Shown here in pieces: positions 26,263 to 41,100 of a DNA stretch of 64,000 nucleotides; the stretch's first letter is position 1, and each line of letters begins with the position of its first letter. Under the pieces are notes generated by a model. That model was not told the DNA's origin, ran no database searches, and saw only the letters and a program-made list of their open reading frames with translations. Source of the stretch: Hydrolagus colliei. Lineage: Eukaryota. The stretch lies in assembly GCA_035084275.1 (NCBI GenBank), contig CM068756.1, positions 4,526,001 to 4,590,000 of the forward strand, given 5' to 3'. Both the position numbers and the translations under genes were made by a program.

Positions 26263-28098
26263 TTCGGTGAGAAGTGAGAGTCAGGTGGCGGGAAAAAGCT
26301 ATTACGAAGTTTGATGCTTCATTGGTCACAAGATAGCCCTTCAAACATAATAATAACAGTAATAATAATGCTCAGGTGTAGAAGATGAAAATATAGTTAT
26401 AATAGCTGAGGCTGTTTTAAACTGCAAGCTGAACAGCACTAAAATAGCTCCTGTCCTTTTGGCTTTCCAAAATGTTTGACGGTCGAGCTGTCATTTCACA
26501 TTACAATCAGTTGTAGGATTATCAGGCAAAAAGGACACCCATGAGGGGTTCAATTTTACAGTCCTTTACAAACAGAAATATCAAAATGCACTTCACTGCC
26601 AGAAACACTGCAGGGAACGTAGTCCAAAGTAAGCAAAGATTAAAGCCGCCGCAAAACAAAACGTGCATAAAATGGTATTCATATGCAAAGCAGATAAACG
26701 CACAATTTTCCCCTCAGACAATCAGCATGGAGGCCGAGCGGAATCAAGAGCAAAATTCAAATATATCTGGATGTGAATGCCAATGTCAATCCTTTCTCTT
26801 AAAGGCTTGTTGGCTGTCATTCAGAACAACATCAGGAAAGAATCACATCTTTTGTTGCATCACAAAATTTTGGAATCGTTGGAAATGCATTATTATTAAT
26901 TGGACACAAGATTGGATCTCATTACCATCTAAATCTTTACGTGAAGCTATGCAAAGCTTACTGTAAAGCTCTGTATCTTTCCAACCCTTCGATTCGATGA
27001 CAGTTGCAATGCACTGTCTATTTATGCAGCTCAGATAATAAGCAGACAATGTGAAAATACATGAATGTATCATAGCCTCAGGCACATTAAACTGACAATG
27101 TCTAACCTTATCAGAGCTTGGAGGCTCAATCAATAGCAGTATGGTAAGAATGCTTGAGAACATTCAGCCACTGCAGTCAATAAAAACACAAAGGGATGAA
27201 GGTCTAAGTATGGAGTGAAATAATCAAAGACTGTATAAAAGCTACTTTCCTGGAGCTGGGAGCTGTTGTTGTCAGCAAAAACAGCTGGGAAAAGTGGGAT
27301 GGTGGAACCAGGCATTGGCTGTCTAGTCTGAAAGTTTGCTTCATTACCTTGATGGACAAGGAAACATAACTTTTTACTCTTCAGAAAAGAGATAGCTGGT
27401 GCCTTCGTGTAAAGCCTGCTATCGGAAATAGTGGCGCAATAGAGGAAAATCTCTCAATCTGCCTTGGGAAGAAAGTCTTTCGGGGATGAACTGAACGAGC
27501 AAATGAGCAGCAAGATTTTCCCTCTTATCCTGAGATGGATCCTTTCCATCACGTAAAGCTCCATCTTACTGCTTGGCTGAGAACCAATTAAACTCACCCA
27601 GCTGAGCCAAGTAAATTAGGTGACAGACACTCCAAGATATGCACCGACTTGTCACAGTGTCTGGTGAAGCAGTCGTGTCAAGAGATTTTAATCTATAAGT
27701 CAAACTTTCCGTTGTGTACTCACAGAGCTCCAAATTGACTGAAAGCTTTACAGATAAATTAAGTTATTGTCACCCTTCTTGAGAAATGAAAGACAGCGAA
27801 GGCTTTATTTAGCATTGGGACAGTTATTAGAAGGCTGTCACGTAGGAGAAAAGGGATATAATAGTCAATTAAGTTAAAAACAAAACCTGGATCATTGTGC
27901 CGGCATAGAGTTTGACAACTTCCTCACTGCGGAGAAGTGGCGGCACAGTGAATCACAGCACAAAATGTCATCTAAGAACAAACTACTATTATGTGTGAGA
28001 GGAAGCTAATTGGGTACCACTGAAAGGTGAAACCTTAGGAGAGTATGTGAATAATGACTCCCACAAAATAAAAATATCTGATTCCACCTTCTTGTATT

Positions 28099-28230
28099 GC
28101 CCGCAAAAATACACAGTTCGCAAAAATTGTGTATTTTGTGGGCGAAAAGTGGCAGCCAATTGCGCGCAGCAGTGTCCCACGAAACATCAAGGATTGAGTG
28201 GCCAATTATTTTTTGGAGGACTCCATTATT
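28099..28230 (-). mobile_element. Rearranged SINE core with local fold-back
   Basis: GTATTTTGTGGGCGAAAAGTGGCAGCCAATTGCGCGCAGCAGTGTCCCAC is the minus-strand core, preceded by its own short inverse. Confidence 0.7.
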
Positions 28231-31044
28231 ATTCTCGTTACAGACCAGTTTGTGTATTTATGAAATTGCAACAAATCTGTTTGTAATAGCCTTACACTAT
28301 TAGTGTCCTGAATTCAATTTGCAAAGACGTGGCAAAGACAAATCTTCCATCACTATGGAAACTATCGTTATTCATCAATCCACCATGCAGTGCGGACAAT
28401 CTGCCTGCCTCTCCGTATGAAGGTATCAATGTCAACGTGGTCTAATATACAGTGATTTCTAACAGGGTTCCTTAATAAGGAGACTGTGAGCACATCTCAA
28501 CTCCCCTCTAATGTGATCAATTTCACAACAGAATCCAGCTGGTTGGTCAATGTGCATCCAGTTTCCCAGAAGAGTCTTTATTTGATTTCCTTCTTAAACA
28601 ATCTTGTGGGAATTTGTCACAAACTTCCATTAACCTATTGACTTTCTACTCCTCCCTTGTGGCAAGTCAGTCTACTTCATCTGTGGGATATTGAATACCC
28701 ATGATTATTATACTATGATATATCACAGCAATTTTTCTTCCCCAAACACTGAATTTCGTAGTCTCTCCAATCTGTGTGTTTTTCTTCGATAATTTGGATA
28801 ATGAAGTCTGATCACGATGAGATGGTCAATGCCAATAGATCAGTGCCTGTTTCTCTAACACAGAAAAACATATCAATAGCTTGTTTATACAGTAGAGGAT
28901 TCATTGCAAAATACTGTGGTTAATTACTGGAAAAAAGGTAAATCCTGGCTTTAAAAACCCTTGACAATTATTGACATGTGTATGTAAAATAATTATGCTG
29001 AGTTTTTTTTAATAATGTGGTCTCTCTAAATTGTTTATAGAATTCTAATACAGAAACTGGAATTATGTTATTTAGAAGGTGTGTATTTGCTGTGAAAAGT
29101 ATGCCGAAGGCAGGAAATAGATATTAAATACCAGTAAAGAAATATAAAGGATGTCCTTTTTTATACAAGGCAATCATACTTTTGTTTTCAGTGGGAACCC
29201 ACACCATTGTTATTCACTCGGATTGTAACAATAGTAAATGCAAGTTATCAACAGTTTAGCTCCAACAAATATCCGAATAATATGCATCAAAAAACAATTG
29301 TTATATTTATGAACTTTTTTGTGATCCTGTTCCTGGAATTAATCTTAAATTTAAGGAACATGTTAAAACACATCTGAGTTTCAAAGAATCATTATCATTT
29401 TTACTAAGACAATCCTGTAAATTGTCACACATTTTTCATTGCCGGGTTATAATTTATGATTTATTATTGTGGCAATGAAAACATTAATCCTAAATTCTTG
29501 CAAGGAGTTATTATTCTCCAAATCAAATGACAAAAGCTGAGAAGACTTAAAATATATTATAGCGAATGACTGTTTCAAACAGCAGCATGAACCTCTTTCT
29601 TTGAATTGAAGGAGTCGGAGGTGGATTTCAAGATAAATCAATGAAGATTCATATTTCATTGTGTGACATAATTGAGATTTGAAGTTCCACTTCTGGAATG
29701 GTGTTGCCTCCAAATTTTGGGGCTGCTGTGAAAAGTTTTAAAGTTTTAAACAAGAGTCAGGAGAAATCGAAGCCGAGAAATTTCACCCCTAAGTGGCACA
29801 GAGGATTGGCACTGAAATGTGCACGACAGAGACCACATGGCCTTCTATCTTTGCCTCCAAACCCTTGATTTGAAAGATTGTTACGAGGAATTAAACACAT
29901 TGGGGCGGGGAGAGAAATTGAATCAAATATCAATTTCAAAATTGTCACTGTACTTAATATTATTTGGCTCTTCGGTATAGACAAGGAGCATCAGATTTTT
30001 GGGACAATCATTTACGTTAAGTGTAATTGTAAGAAGCACTGGGCCATGCCATGGCAAGCAACTGGCAACATGAGAAAAACAGGAATCAGTAAAGGCGAAA
30101 ATGGCATTCTCATCTCTCGTCTTCAATCTCCGAAATCTCAGTAACACCGCTATCAAACTCATACCATTCAATTCCAAAAGTAATAGATCCCTCTGCAGTG
30201 AAAAGGTTAAATATGGTAGAAACCCTACACAGTCGAGTAATTTTCTGAGGAAAATATTGGGCAAAGATATGTTTATGCCATGAAAGTGCTAATGGCTAAT
30301 TATTCCATTTAATTGCATGTTCAGGATTTACCTAATGAGGCTTTCATCTGATGAATCTTGGAACATCTTTAATTGTTTATGACAATGTTTCTTTCATCCA
30401 TTGCCAATTTCTTTCATTTAAATGTGGTATGTCAGGCCTGGCACTGACCTGTAGCTACCCAACTGTAATCTGCTAACAAAGCTCTATGGTTTAATTAATA
30501 CTATGGGATCACCATTATCACAACTCTGAAGCTGCATCATTTTGTAACTTACATCTCTTAGAACTTATTATACACTGTGAATGCCATGTTAAATGATCCA
30601 TTCTAATGCAACAGGAGATCAAATTAATGGTTGACCAGTTAATTAGCTCTCTGTGCCGTGCATGTCATAAAAACTTTATTACATTGAAGACCATTCTGAC
30701 CAGATTAAAGGAGAATTTTTTTCCGCTGAATATTTATTACATACTGTGCGCGTGCATTTAAGATGCTGATATTCAGTACATTTGCAAAATGTGCTTATGT
30801 TTGCATTTATGATGTATAAGGAGTTCTCGATATTCACTATTTCCAGGTTGCGCAATAAAAAAAAATCAATAGCCAATAGTTTTGCTTACACCAACTACAT
30901 TTCTCTGAAAATCCTCACCGTCTCTTTCAGTGTTATTTTGAAACCCCAAATTGTTTGTGGAAATCACGGGACAAGAAGAGGAGTTTTACTTGGTGTCCAG
31001 GGTTCTGTGTTTTTTAGAAGAGTAAATGAAGAAGACACCTTAGA

Positions 31045-31340
31045 ATAATAACGGCAAAATGACATTTGCGTAGCGTCTTTTAGGTCAGGATGTCCCAAGG
31101 TGCTGGAGAGTCAGTGTTTTGGTCCTGAGCTGGGGATCCAGATTGAGGAGGGTGGGAGGAAATGGACTAAAGAAGAGTGACTGAAGGTCTGGTCAAAGAG
31201 GAGTGTCTTAAGGTGGGTCTTGAAGGAGGCAAGGGAGGGGCCGCAGAGAGTGGGGGCAGAGTGGCTGAAGGCCCATGGGGCGGGCGAGACAAGGGTCGTG
31301 AAGCAGGCTGGAGCCCACTAAGTGGGGGGAGAGGGCTGAT
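31045..31340 (-). mobile_element. Degraded L2 3' end
   Basis: Tail GGATGTCCCAAGGTGCTG plus GGTCAAAGAGGAGTGTCTTAAGGTGGGTCTTGAAGGAG (minus: SFKTHLKTLLFD), as in the 20213 copy. Confidence 0.75.
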
Positions 31341-34240
31341 TGGGTTAAAATTCCCATCTTGCAAAGTTGCCCTTTGATTTCAGCAAGCTTCGCATGTTCT
31401 GTCACCTTCTCCAAGACTGGCATTGACATAAAATAAAACAAGATTGGATTTATAGAGTGTTATCCGGTGTTAGAAATCCTGTCCACATTGACAGCTGCAA
31501 TGTAATGCAATGAAATGCAATGTAACAAATTAACATTTGACAACAATTATTACTGTACATTCATTGCACGAGTTAAGCACTGGGTTATTTAAGCAACATT
31601 TAAGCAACAGAATTGCTACGTTATTTAAAGAAACAAACCCCAACGTTTATCAGAATTTCTTATGGTGTAACTAATGGGTTTCATCTTTTTTGGGTTCTAT
31701 TATTACCTGGCCAGGTACTTAGCATCTCTATTTTTAATATATGATAACAGTTTCTTAAGATTTAGGTGATTTGACAGGAGCTTTTATTCTTTCTCTAGAA
31801 TATTTTGGCAATAGAATTCCATGACTTTTAAAGATGCCGGGAAAAATTGCTATGTACAAACATAAAATATACAGTCAATTCACTTTACAATATATTCTGT
31901 GAAGTGCTTTGAGACATAATAAGGTGCATTTTCAAAATGCAAAATATGCATTTCCTCATTGATTGTTTTGTGTTTTTATTCATCATTTTTCCAAGGCATC
32001 CCTAAAGTTAAAGAAACTCACAGTAATAAAGTTAGGTTTGCACATTGCTTCTCCATGTGTTAAGAGATTTGCAATGATCTAATAGAACAGATGTTCAGAT
32101 TAAAATGTCTGCATCCTTTGTAATCTGTAATTGTCTTCCTGGAAAGAATGCGTCAAAATCATTGGAACTCGTCCAGAATTGACCAAAGTGTGCAGTGATT
32201 TCTAATACAGTACAATAAATACAAGAATAATGTTTTTAATTTAGCGAAATAATTCCTTAATTGTTTTAAGACATGCTTACTTAATTCAGCAAATTTATAG
32301 TATGATCAACATAGGTCTGCCAATGGTAATTTTCAAAAGACAATAGAAATTGCAATAGTTTGTTGTTTGGAACAGCAGTAATGTCATAGTTGCAAGTAAT
32401 GCTGCTTTCTTGCATTTAAAATTAAAGTAAGAGACACGGGTTAGAATCACGGGTTAGAGCAAAATATTCAGCAAGTTTCCTTATTCCATGCGCCTCAGTT
32501 TCCTGGACATTTCCTGGGCGCCCAGACTGTTACAAAGTTCTGTGCTGCCTCCACAGCTTCAGGATGTCATTTTGAATGTGCGTTCAGATGAAACCCACAG
32601 GCCATTCCATTTCTCACACCATCGCAGACTTCAACGAGCAGCAGCTTCATGTTTACCAGGAAGCAAGTCGAGTTCCTGGGACTTTTAACACTGAATCAGT
32701 GTCACAGAAATGTCAGACTGCACAATCCTACAATCACAGAAAGTGACAACCCTGATTGGGGCGAAATGCTAATCAGATCAGACCACACTGCTCCAATACT
32801 CCAATCAATCCAGTACATCAGTACAACTGCATTGCTCTATAATAAACTGAAGCAGAACAGGACTTTAAATAATACAAAGCACAATCCATTGCCAATGGAT
32901 TTGCTCAAGCATCCCTCTCTGAAAGGAGCAAATCAGCCTGGAGCTCACTCTGATCTTCATTTTCAGAAAAACCTCTACCTCCTTCACTGCCCCAAGTGAA
33001 TCATGAATTCATGAATCATTGGACACCATCACCAATAACTTTTATACTCAGTTTTCAAGTTCTGCTGTGAATGTGAAGCATTTGTGTTCTACTCCCCCCA
33101 CCCCGCCACCACCCACCCACTCAACTGAACCACCGTGTCTGAATCTCTGCCCACCATTTATACTTTGCTGTTTGATCTTTTTTTAAAGGAATTTTCATGT
33201 TAGTTTTGCAATTATAGCTGTATTCATTTGACCTTCCATTACTGAGAGCGTTGTTTACAAGAGAGAAATTTGAATGATTTGTGGTTTGCTCTCACCATAC
33301 GTTTACATAATGTCACCCCAAGCATCTGTTGGCTGAGAAGGAACTGTGAGTTATTATTTCCTGATAAGAGTTTCATTTGATCCAGCCAATTAACTTTTTC
33401 TTATTAGTTGCTCAAATCAGTCACTGCTTTAATTATGGGAAGAAAACCAGCAGCAGGCCTCAGGCCAAATGGACCTTCTAGGTCATTGCCATGGGGAAAG
33501 ACATTCATTGCAAAGTAAATAAAACACACCTAGTAGTCTAGTAAAAACAACTTCACAATACCATGTGTTCATACCCGCTCAGTTGAGGTGATCAATCTGA
33601 TGCGAAATGGAACAGTAGCAGTTAAATGCTGAGGGACATCGTCAAAGTCATTCCTCTTTTGGAAACAAATGCTAGTGGGCGTCTCTACGAGCTAATCTCA
33701 AACCCGAGCAACAAGAACAACGACAACAAAATTATGTTTGTATAGAGCCTTTCACGCCAGGAGGACAAGAAACTGCAGGGGAAATGAAGAAATCTGTTGA
33801 CTGACATTGCAGACCATGAAACGCTCTATAGTACATCAACAAAACGCTACTTTTGGTCAGGAAATAACTGCTGTTGCTTCATGTGCCATGTCATCGGACC
33901 CAGGTCAGAAACAAACAGCTGATTCCCAACTCACTCTTTGGAGGTGAATAAACCTGCTTATTTTTCAATGACACGATAAACGGATCCGGAGAGTCGAAAA
34001 GTCAAAGGGCAAATGTTACAATAATAAGGCAAAACTGGCCGTGAAAAGGGGATGCCTTTGAAGAAAGTGGAGTAAAAAAACAATTCTCAAATTGTGTCAA
34101 AGTGTAACAGATACTGGAGTTTAATTACTGGTCCACACCAATGGCTCCTTTCCTCCAATTGTTATATTTCTTTCGATGACCAGCATGGATTTCATTGTAG
34201 AAACACCCATTCATTTTCTCCCAAGCACTGCACAAATAAG

Positions 34241-34458
34241 AATAATAATCCTTGCATTTGAGATCGGGCCTTAACACGTCGCTGAAATGTCCCCAACGCG
34301 CTTCACAATATATATTTTGCCCACAAATCTAGAGTCAGTTTACTCTACGGTATATTCTGCACTTTGAGATGTCGAGAAGACGTGAAAAGTCCTATATCAA
34401 ATGCAAGGATTATTATATTGTAAAGTGGGTTGTCTGTATATTTTGTGGGCGAAATGCT
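34241..34458. mobile_element. Minus-strand SINE 3' part interrupted by a plus-strand SINE 3' part (about 34316-34415)
   Basis: The minus copy resumes (TATTGTAAAGTG...GTGGGCGAAA) after the inserted plus copy. Confidence 0.8.
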
Positions 34459-37400
34459 GGAGTCAGTTGCAAAATAAAAGAAAGATTTTGCGACCGGGTG
34501 CAATGGAGAATAGCACTCTGCGTTTAGGGCTTGAATACATATCACAACACCGTGCACAGCACACATTGGAATGCATCAATATTTGACCACTGAAAGCAAG
34601 CTTAGGAAAGCTGTGCACACATCATCAAATTTTTTCCTAGGAATTCTGCCAGGAATCTCAACTGAAAATGATTGTTTTTTCCATTGTCTGTTGCCTTTTG
34701 TTTTAGAAGACAAGCTTTCCTCCCAAACATGTGAGTTCATCTCCACGCCTGAACCATCACGTTGCATTCAAGGCATTTTTCTGAAGATTAAAACAGTCAC
34801 ATGTCTTGGTAACTACTGGTACTGACGTCATATGCGCAGTGTCTAATTGAAGCCAGAAAAGGTTACATTTTCATATTGTTTGCTCTGCTAAATTATATTC
34901 CATTGTCTGTTTAAAATCTACACATTTACTGCAAAAAGTAGCTCTCTCTGGGGATGTTGTACATTGCATTTGCATGTTATGTTCAGGCCATCTACTAAAA
35001 GAAATTTTGTTGTTGTTGTTTTTCTGTACAAAAAGATTTCAACAAATATTGTGGTACTTAAATACAGCAACATTGACAATGGACGTTTGCACAGGTTAAA
35101 TGGCATAGTTAGCCTACATTACTTCATGATAGCATGAAGGATATCTCATCTGCATGGGCTGCATTCCTCCAGAAGTAAAATATGCACAAAGCACATTCTC
35201 TCCCACAAGTGCCTTTTGTACTCTCAGCCATACTGCTGTGGGATGTATTGGCTTGAGGTACTCCTTGCTGGGATGAGAGAAAGATGTCACTGTGCTGATA
35301 GCTACATTTAGGTGTTTTCCCAAGATGGGTGTCTGAGCACTCAAGGGAAAGACCACGTATGATGAAAATTTAACCTGCAAAAAAAATAAATCCCTCTCTG
35401 ATGCTAAATAAGAATAAAGATTCTGGTAAATCTCCTTTCTTCAAGTGACTGTGCTATTTATACTTTCCTTCCTATTTCAATATTTTTCACTTAGCTGAAT
35501 TAATGATGGAAGGTGTTCAAAATATTGCCTTGGTGGCTCCATTTCTCTTCTGATAAGCACCAGTATTCAATAAGCACTCTTTAGAAATGGCGTAATGTAT
35601 CACAATTTATGTCAGAAAGAATTTGAATTCAGCGGACCATGCAACTGAAATAATTCACCGTTTATTTGATATTAAACTGGCAGAATAGATATGTTCCAAC
35701 CACATGGTCTGTCCAGATTCCAAATAGTGTATATTGGAAGATGGTGTGGAGGGAGGGGGGTGGCTGAGGTGTGATAATTTCTAAGGAAGTCACTATGATC
35801 AGTGGTAATTAATATCTGAGTGGTTTTCCCATGGGTCCCATGGGTATGTGGGATTTACTGATTGCCCAAAGCAACCCTGCCTCAGAGATTCCCTTATTCC
35901 TGAAGTTGACAATCGCTATGATGATTAAGCTGGGGAATACAAATTTGAAGCAACGCAATTCCCATCTCAGTGGTTGGTAGAGCTCAGGGGAGGTGGGGCG
36001 TATGTAGCACAGATCAACTCAACAACAACAGCAACTAATAGTAACCAAGAATTGTGAATGTTTTTTTTCTATTATTTTGCAACAGATTTAAATCATTGAA
36101 ATCAGGCATTGATTTCCAGTGATTTCATGCCTCCTTGACTTTAAAGATGCACAAATCCGTATCATTAAGTTTGATCTGAAACAGGGCTGCAAATAGATCA
36201 GTGTTAATGTATTCCTAATGAACAGATGGGTTTTAAGTGAGCTTGCCCAGAGTCTCACAGTGCTTGACTGGGTCCTGTATATCAGGGCTCAGCTAACTGT
36301 GAAAACTGAGTAACGTGATCGGAATTGGGAATTGTTATAAACGAGGAGATTACATTTCTGCATCAATAAATCTTAATCCAGGAGGTCACGCATGGAGGAC
36401 CAACAATTATAGAACTAATACATCTTCAGTTTGTTTGCAAGTCTGGGTAATAATGAGTGAAGCGAAAGTGTTTTTCTTCAATATCTTTCCCGAGGCTGAA
36501 CCCTGAAACCTCTGCCTGCAGCTTGCCAGAATTTAGAGTATGTGTTCGGCTACAGTTTCTCTTCATTACGGATGCATTATTACAGTTATTGCACAGAGAT
36601 TTTTTTTTACTTGAGATATAGCCTCTGCAAGGCAACTGCCCTCAGGCCAACCCACTACAGGCTATCTGACTGAAAATCTTTCCGAGAATCTTGACTATAT
36701 CTGCCTGGATTTGGGGAGATATTGAAGTACTCCTACGAGGCATATTAGATTTTGAACTAATCCCACGGGACAATTTCAACCTTCTTCCCCAGGATTTGTT
36801 GGAAAGAACGGTCAGAAATAGCTGGCAGATCCGAATGTTACGCGGGTAGTCACAGAAGATTTCCTCCCAGTAGTGACTGGTTGACACAGCTGAATGTTAT
36901 CCACATCTACTGACAGAATTGACACAAAGAATGCGCCTCAGCTGGCAGATACACTGTACTGCTTAGGAACGTAGGAAAACAGGAATAGGAGAACATTCAG
37001 TCCATCAAATTTGTTCCACATGTGCATTAGATCTCATCAGATCTTTCAATCCCAATACCCCACCCTTTAGCCGTACCCAGTATACCTCCACTGCCTAAGT
37101 ATCCGTCTATCTCCCCCGGCCCCATGTCGTGCTCCACTGCTATCACTCTGTCTTCATTACAACTCTCATCCCAATGACTCGTCCTAAGGATATCCCATTT
37201 GTGTTAAAACCCACCTCCCACAATTTTTCCTGGTCAAAAGCCAAAAACGCTGAAAACAAAGGGCGTTTGTAGAGCAACTCAATTAAATGTGGCCGAGGCA
37301 GAGTGTGTTCTCCGACGAGGGATCTACCAAGCAAGGTCTCCTGTGTCCTGCCCCTCCATTACAAGTAAAACCAACTAATGAACTAACTAATTAAATTCTG

Positions 37401-37806
37401 CAGGGTGTTGCTGCTCATTTATTGGTAGGCCCGCCACGAGCAAAGGAAGACAATTTTCTTGCTGGGTTTCCCCATTAGAAATGAAGAGGGAGCGAGAGAA
37501 CGATACTCTTGCAGTATGAAATTAAATGAGTAACAAAATGACTTTCCACTCAGAGAGCCATCCACTAATTACAGATAGCCACCAGTATCAGAGACATTTA
37601 TAATCACAGAGCTGTCCCCTTCATTGCAACTCTTTTCTCACTAACAGAGGAGGCAAACTTGGAAATTATTTTTGGTGATTTTTTTGGGGGGAGGGGAATA
37701 GAACGTTTAAATAATAAAAATAAATTATCTGCTTATTGGTACACTGGGCAGCTGGGCTCTGATTTCAGATGATCTTATCATAAGACAAAGAGGATACTAT
37801 TAAATG

Positions 37807-38175
37807 ATAATAATAATCCTTGCATTCGATGTTGCTCTTGATCACGTTTTGGAGCTCTTCACAGAATATGCTGTAAAATGAATTGAATGTATATTTTAGT
37901 TGGAAAATGCGGCAGCCAGTTGAGCACAGCAGTGACCCACAAACAGTCTTGGATTGAGCGACCAAATTATTATTATTATTATTATTTATTATTTTGAGAG
38001 ATTATTTTCAGGCATGTGGAGTAAGGAAACTTGCCCAGGGTTTATGCCCAAACCCGGGCCTCTTGCTTGTGAGGCAAGTGCTCTAGTCACTGAGCTACAG
38101 GAAAACAACAACCACATTTTCAGAAAGCCTTTCAAGTCGGGAGGACATCCCAAGTTGCTGAACAGTCAGGACTCC
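37807..38175 (-). mobile_element. Full-length tRNA/Deu SINE with an L2 tail (38103-38166) inserted in its head
   Basis: Head ...GAGCTACAGGA | insert | CAGGACTCC; TSD CAGGA. Confidence 0.85.
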
Positions 38176-41100
38176 ACAAAGACTAAGCTACCACAATGGC
38201 TTGTGTTTAGAGGCTTACAGTTCCAGCCAAACCAGACACCACCCACTTTGATCATTCTGTTAAGAGCGGAGAAAGATTGGATTCAATCCACTACAGATCA
38301 AGAAAAAGAATCATTCACACTTTGATAATCGATTCAGAGAGAAGAGTGTGTTCCTTCAGGGCTGTCACTGAAGGGAGGAATTGGGGGTAGGGTTCCTTTT
38401 ACACCACAGGAATCCAAGCAGAGGAGGATTATCAGTGGATGTATTGTGAATATGGAAGCGTGAGCTCTTTCATATGGAGCATTTCAGAATTGTTTTGGTC
38501 CGCCTTGGGGGAAGATCTTATTTTCAATTAAGCAAAGATTGTGCAATCCTCCCAGACTGACTTATTGTCTCAGACTTCCAGCCTTCCTTTCTGCAGATCA
38601 ATGTACAAAGCTGTTCCCGACAGTGCCAGACCCACATCAGCTGAGTCATGCACCTGTCTCTCTGCCTCTCTCAGTGATTTTGTTTTTCAGTCTCAGACAA
38701 TGCTCACTTATAAATGTAACGACTGTATTTTACCTGTGGTTACATTGAGCTATTGTTGCTTCAAAAGGACTCGCATTCTTATCAATGAGTAAATGTTATT
38801 TTTGAAGTCTTTTCTAGTACTGTTCAATCAAATGGCAATTGCATCCGATACTAATCTCCCTTGTAAGTTTCCAGGCTACTGAGTAACCAAAGTGGTTGTG
38901 GCTCAGAGATCTCTGTATGGATTGAGTGATCGGTAATTAGCACTGAGCTCACACAAGGAATCATTCTATCACACAAAGCTGCTGTTTAATAAATGATGCT
39001 CCACTTTCACAGAATATAATCACAGCACCTTAAGTTAGCTCAAACAGAGAAATGAAATGAGATGGATTTGCACAGAATGTTCTTTCCCTATTCCTTTGTC
39101 CTTTACAGTCCTTTTTCTTCCCTCGCTACTTTTGTAGTTTTTTTTTATTATCTACAAAAAAAAGTAGTTTTAACCAATAAAATACGATCAATCTTTAAAA
39201 AGCCCAAAGTTTATACACTTGGAGATATCATTTGAATGTTTATTTACTTTAGAACAGCTGGGTGTGTTGAGTCATACGGAAACTCATCAACGTGCCTTCA
39301 AGAGTATTCAAACCAGATTGAGAGTTCAATTGCTTACCACACACTCCTAGAAATCCCCGAGTCTGGAATAGAATGTGCACTCTCTCTCTCTCTCTCTCTC
39401 TCTCTCCCTGGAGCGCCACACACTGCTTTACCTAATTCTATCAAGTAGTGGGGCCAAGGTTGACAATAGCCAAGGCTTGGGGACAGCAGAGTGAGTGTTG
39501 GGGGTGACTGCTAGAGTCTAACCAGCTAACCACGCAAGCATAAGAGAGTGCCTCGTTCATAAAAGCCAAGGTCTGTTTATGTGAATTATGTACACGCCTT
39601 CATCTAAGAAAAGTACCTGAAAGCCTTTTGAATTGTCACAGCAGTGCCGATCTACATCACTGATCTGCATTTACCGCGTCTGACAAGTAAAATTGCAATG
39701 CAACTCTGTAATCTAGTGTCTTTGTGAGCTTGGCATTGTGAGCAGTGTGTTACAGTGAATGCTTGCACACACATATATAAAACAGTAATAAGCCAGTGTA
39801 TTCTGTGATGCAGTCATCACAACAGCGGGCAACAATTTGCATTTACATTTTATTTTTAACATTTATACTTTCGGTTATTTGCTCAAAGTATTTTTTCAGT
39901 CAGCCTGGTGTCTGACACATGCACAAAGCCATCGCCATGCTGAAGAATATACAAGCAAACCAAGCTAAGATTTTCATGCACCTCTCATGATTACATGGAA
40001 ATCCCAGAGACCGATTCTTGAAATGGAATGCACCCTCTGTGCAGGTTGGAGCCAGTGACTGGTTTAGAGTTCCACCATTGACAGGACATTTATCAAAAGG
40101 TTCAAATTATTGCGTCTCACTAGTGCTGCGAATTTCTAACATTTCATTAGAAGAGGAATGGCTTTTCCAATAATTAACTTTGGGAGAAACCCCCCCCCCC
40201 CCCCCCCCCACCCCACACACCCCATCATTCATCTGTGCAAAGTTGAGATGACAGAAGAATTTTAATTCCTGTGATTACTCATAGATATTGCTGAGCAGAT
40301 GATTGCAGGCAGAGCAAGAGTTTGAGTGCCAGAGACGTTGGCTGACGCCTGGTTGAGAAAACAGAAACAAGTCATTCTGGAGCAGCTAATTGCAATGAAT
40401 CTACTGCAATTTCATCCATGACCTGCTCCAAATCCTAAAGTTTGGTTCCAGCGAAAAGGGGGCAAATATACATCATTACACGGTGTTGGTGATTTGACGC
40501 GTTGCTGAGTTAGCTGATGGGACAAGTAAGTTACTCCAAGGCACTGGTTCAGAATGAATTTGGATCAAGTGCTTAAACAACTGTAATCTTGGGTTGTTCT
40601 TAACCCACACTAAAAATTCTATATCCCCAAGGGGCAATGGCCCTTTGTGATATCATAAAGAGAGACTTTTAGTATGAGCTGCTGGTCTTGTTAACTTAAC
40701 CCTTTACCCAATATTCGGAGAACACTTTACAGAACAACATTGTAAATTCTCCGGAGAGGAGTAGTGTGATATTCTCCTGCCTTCCCCTACGGCTACTTAG
40801 TTTATCAACCCAATTTTTTGTTAGATAATAAAATCCTTGCAATTGATATAATGCCTTAAAACGTCTCTGAGATGTCTCAAAGCACTTTGCAGTGTATACT
40901 GTTTTTTTTGGCGGGTAGAGGGTTAAAGATATATTAATAGCTTTATAGCAAGTTTCTGCAGTTTAGTAATAAAGTGCTATTTTTAAGTAGGATCCATTAG
41001 CTTTAGTAATCATTAAAGATGTGAAATGAAGTGGATCTCAAAAGCTTAATTAGTTTATTGATGTTTCAGGCCTTTTAAATACATTGGAACTTAACTGAGC

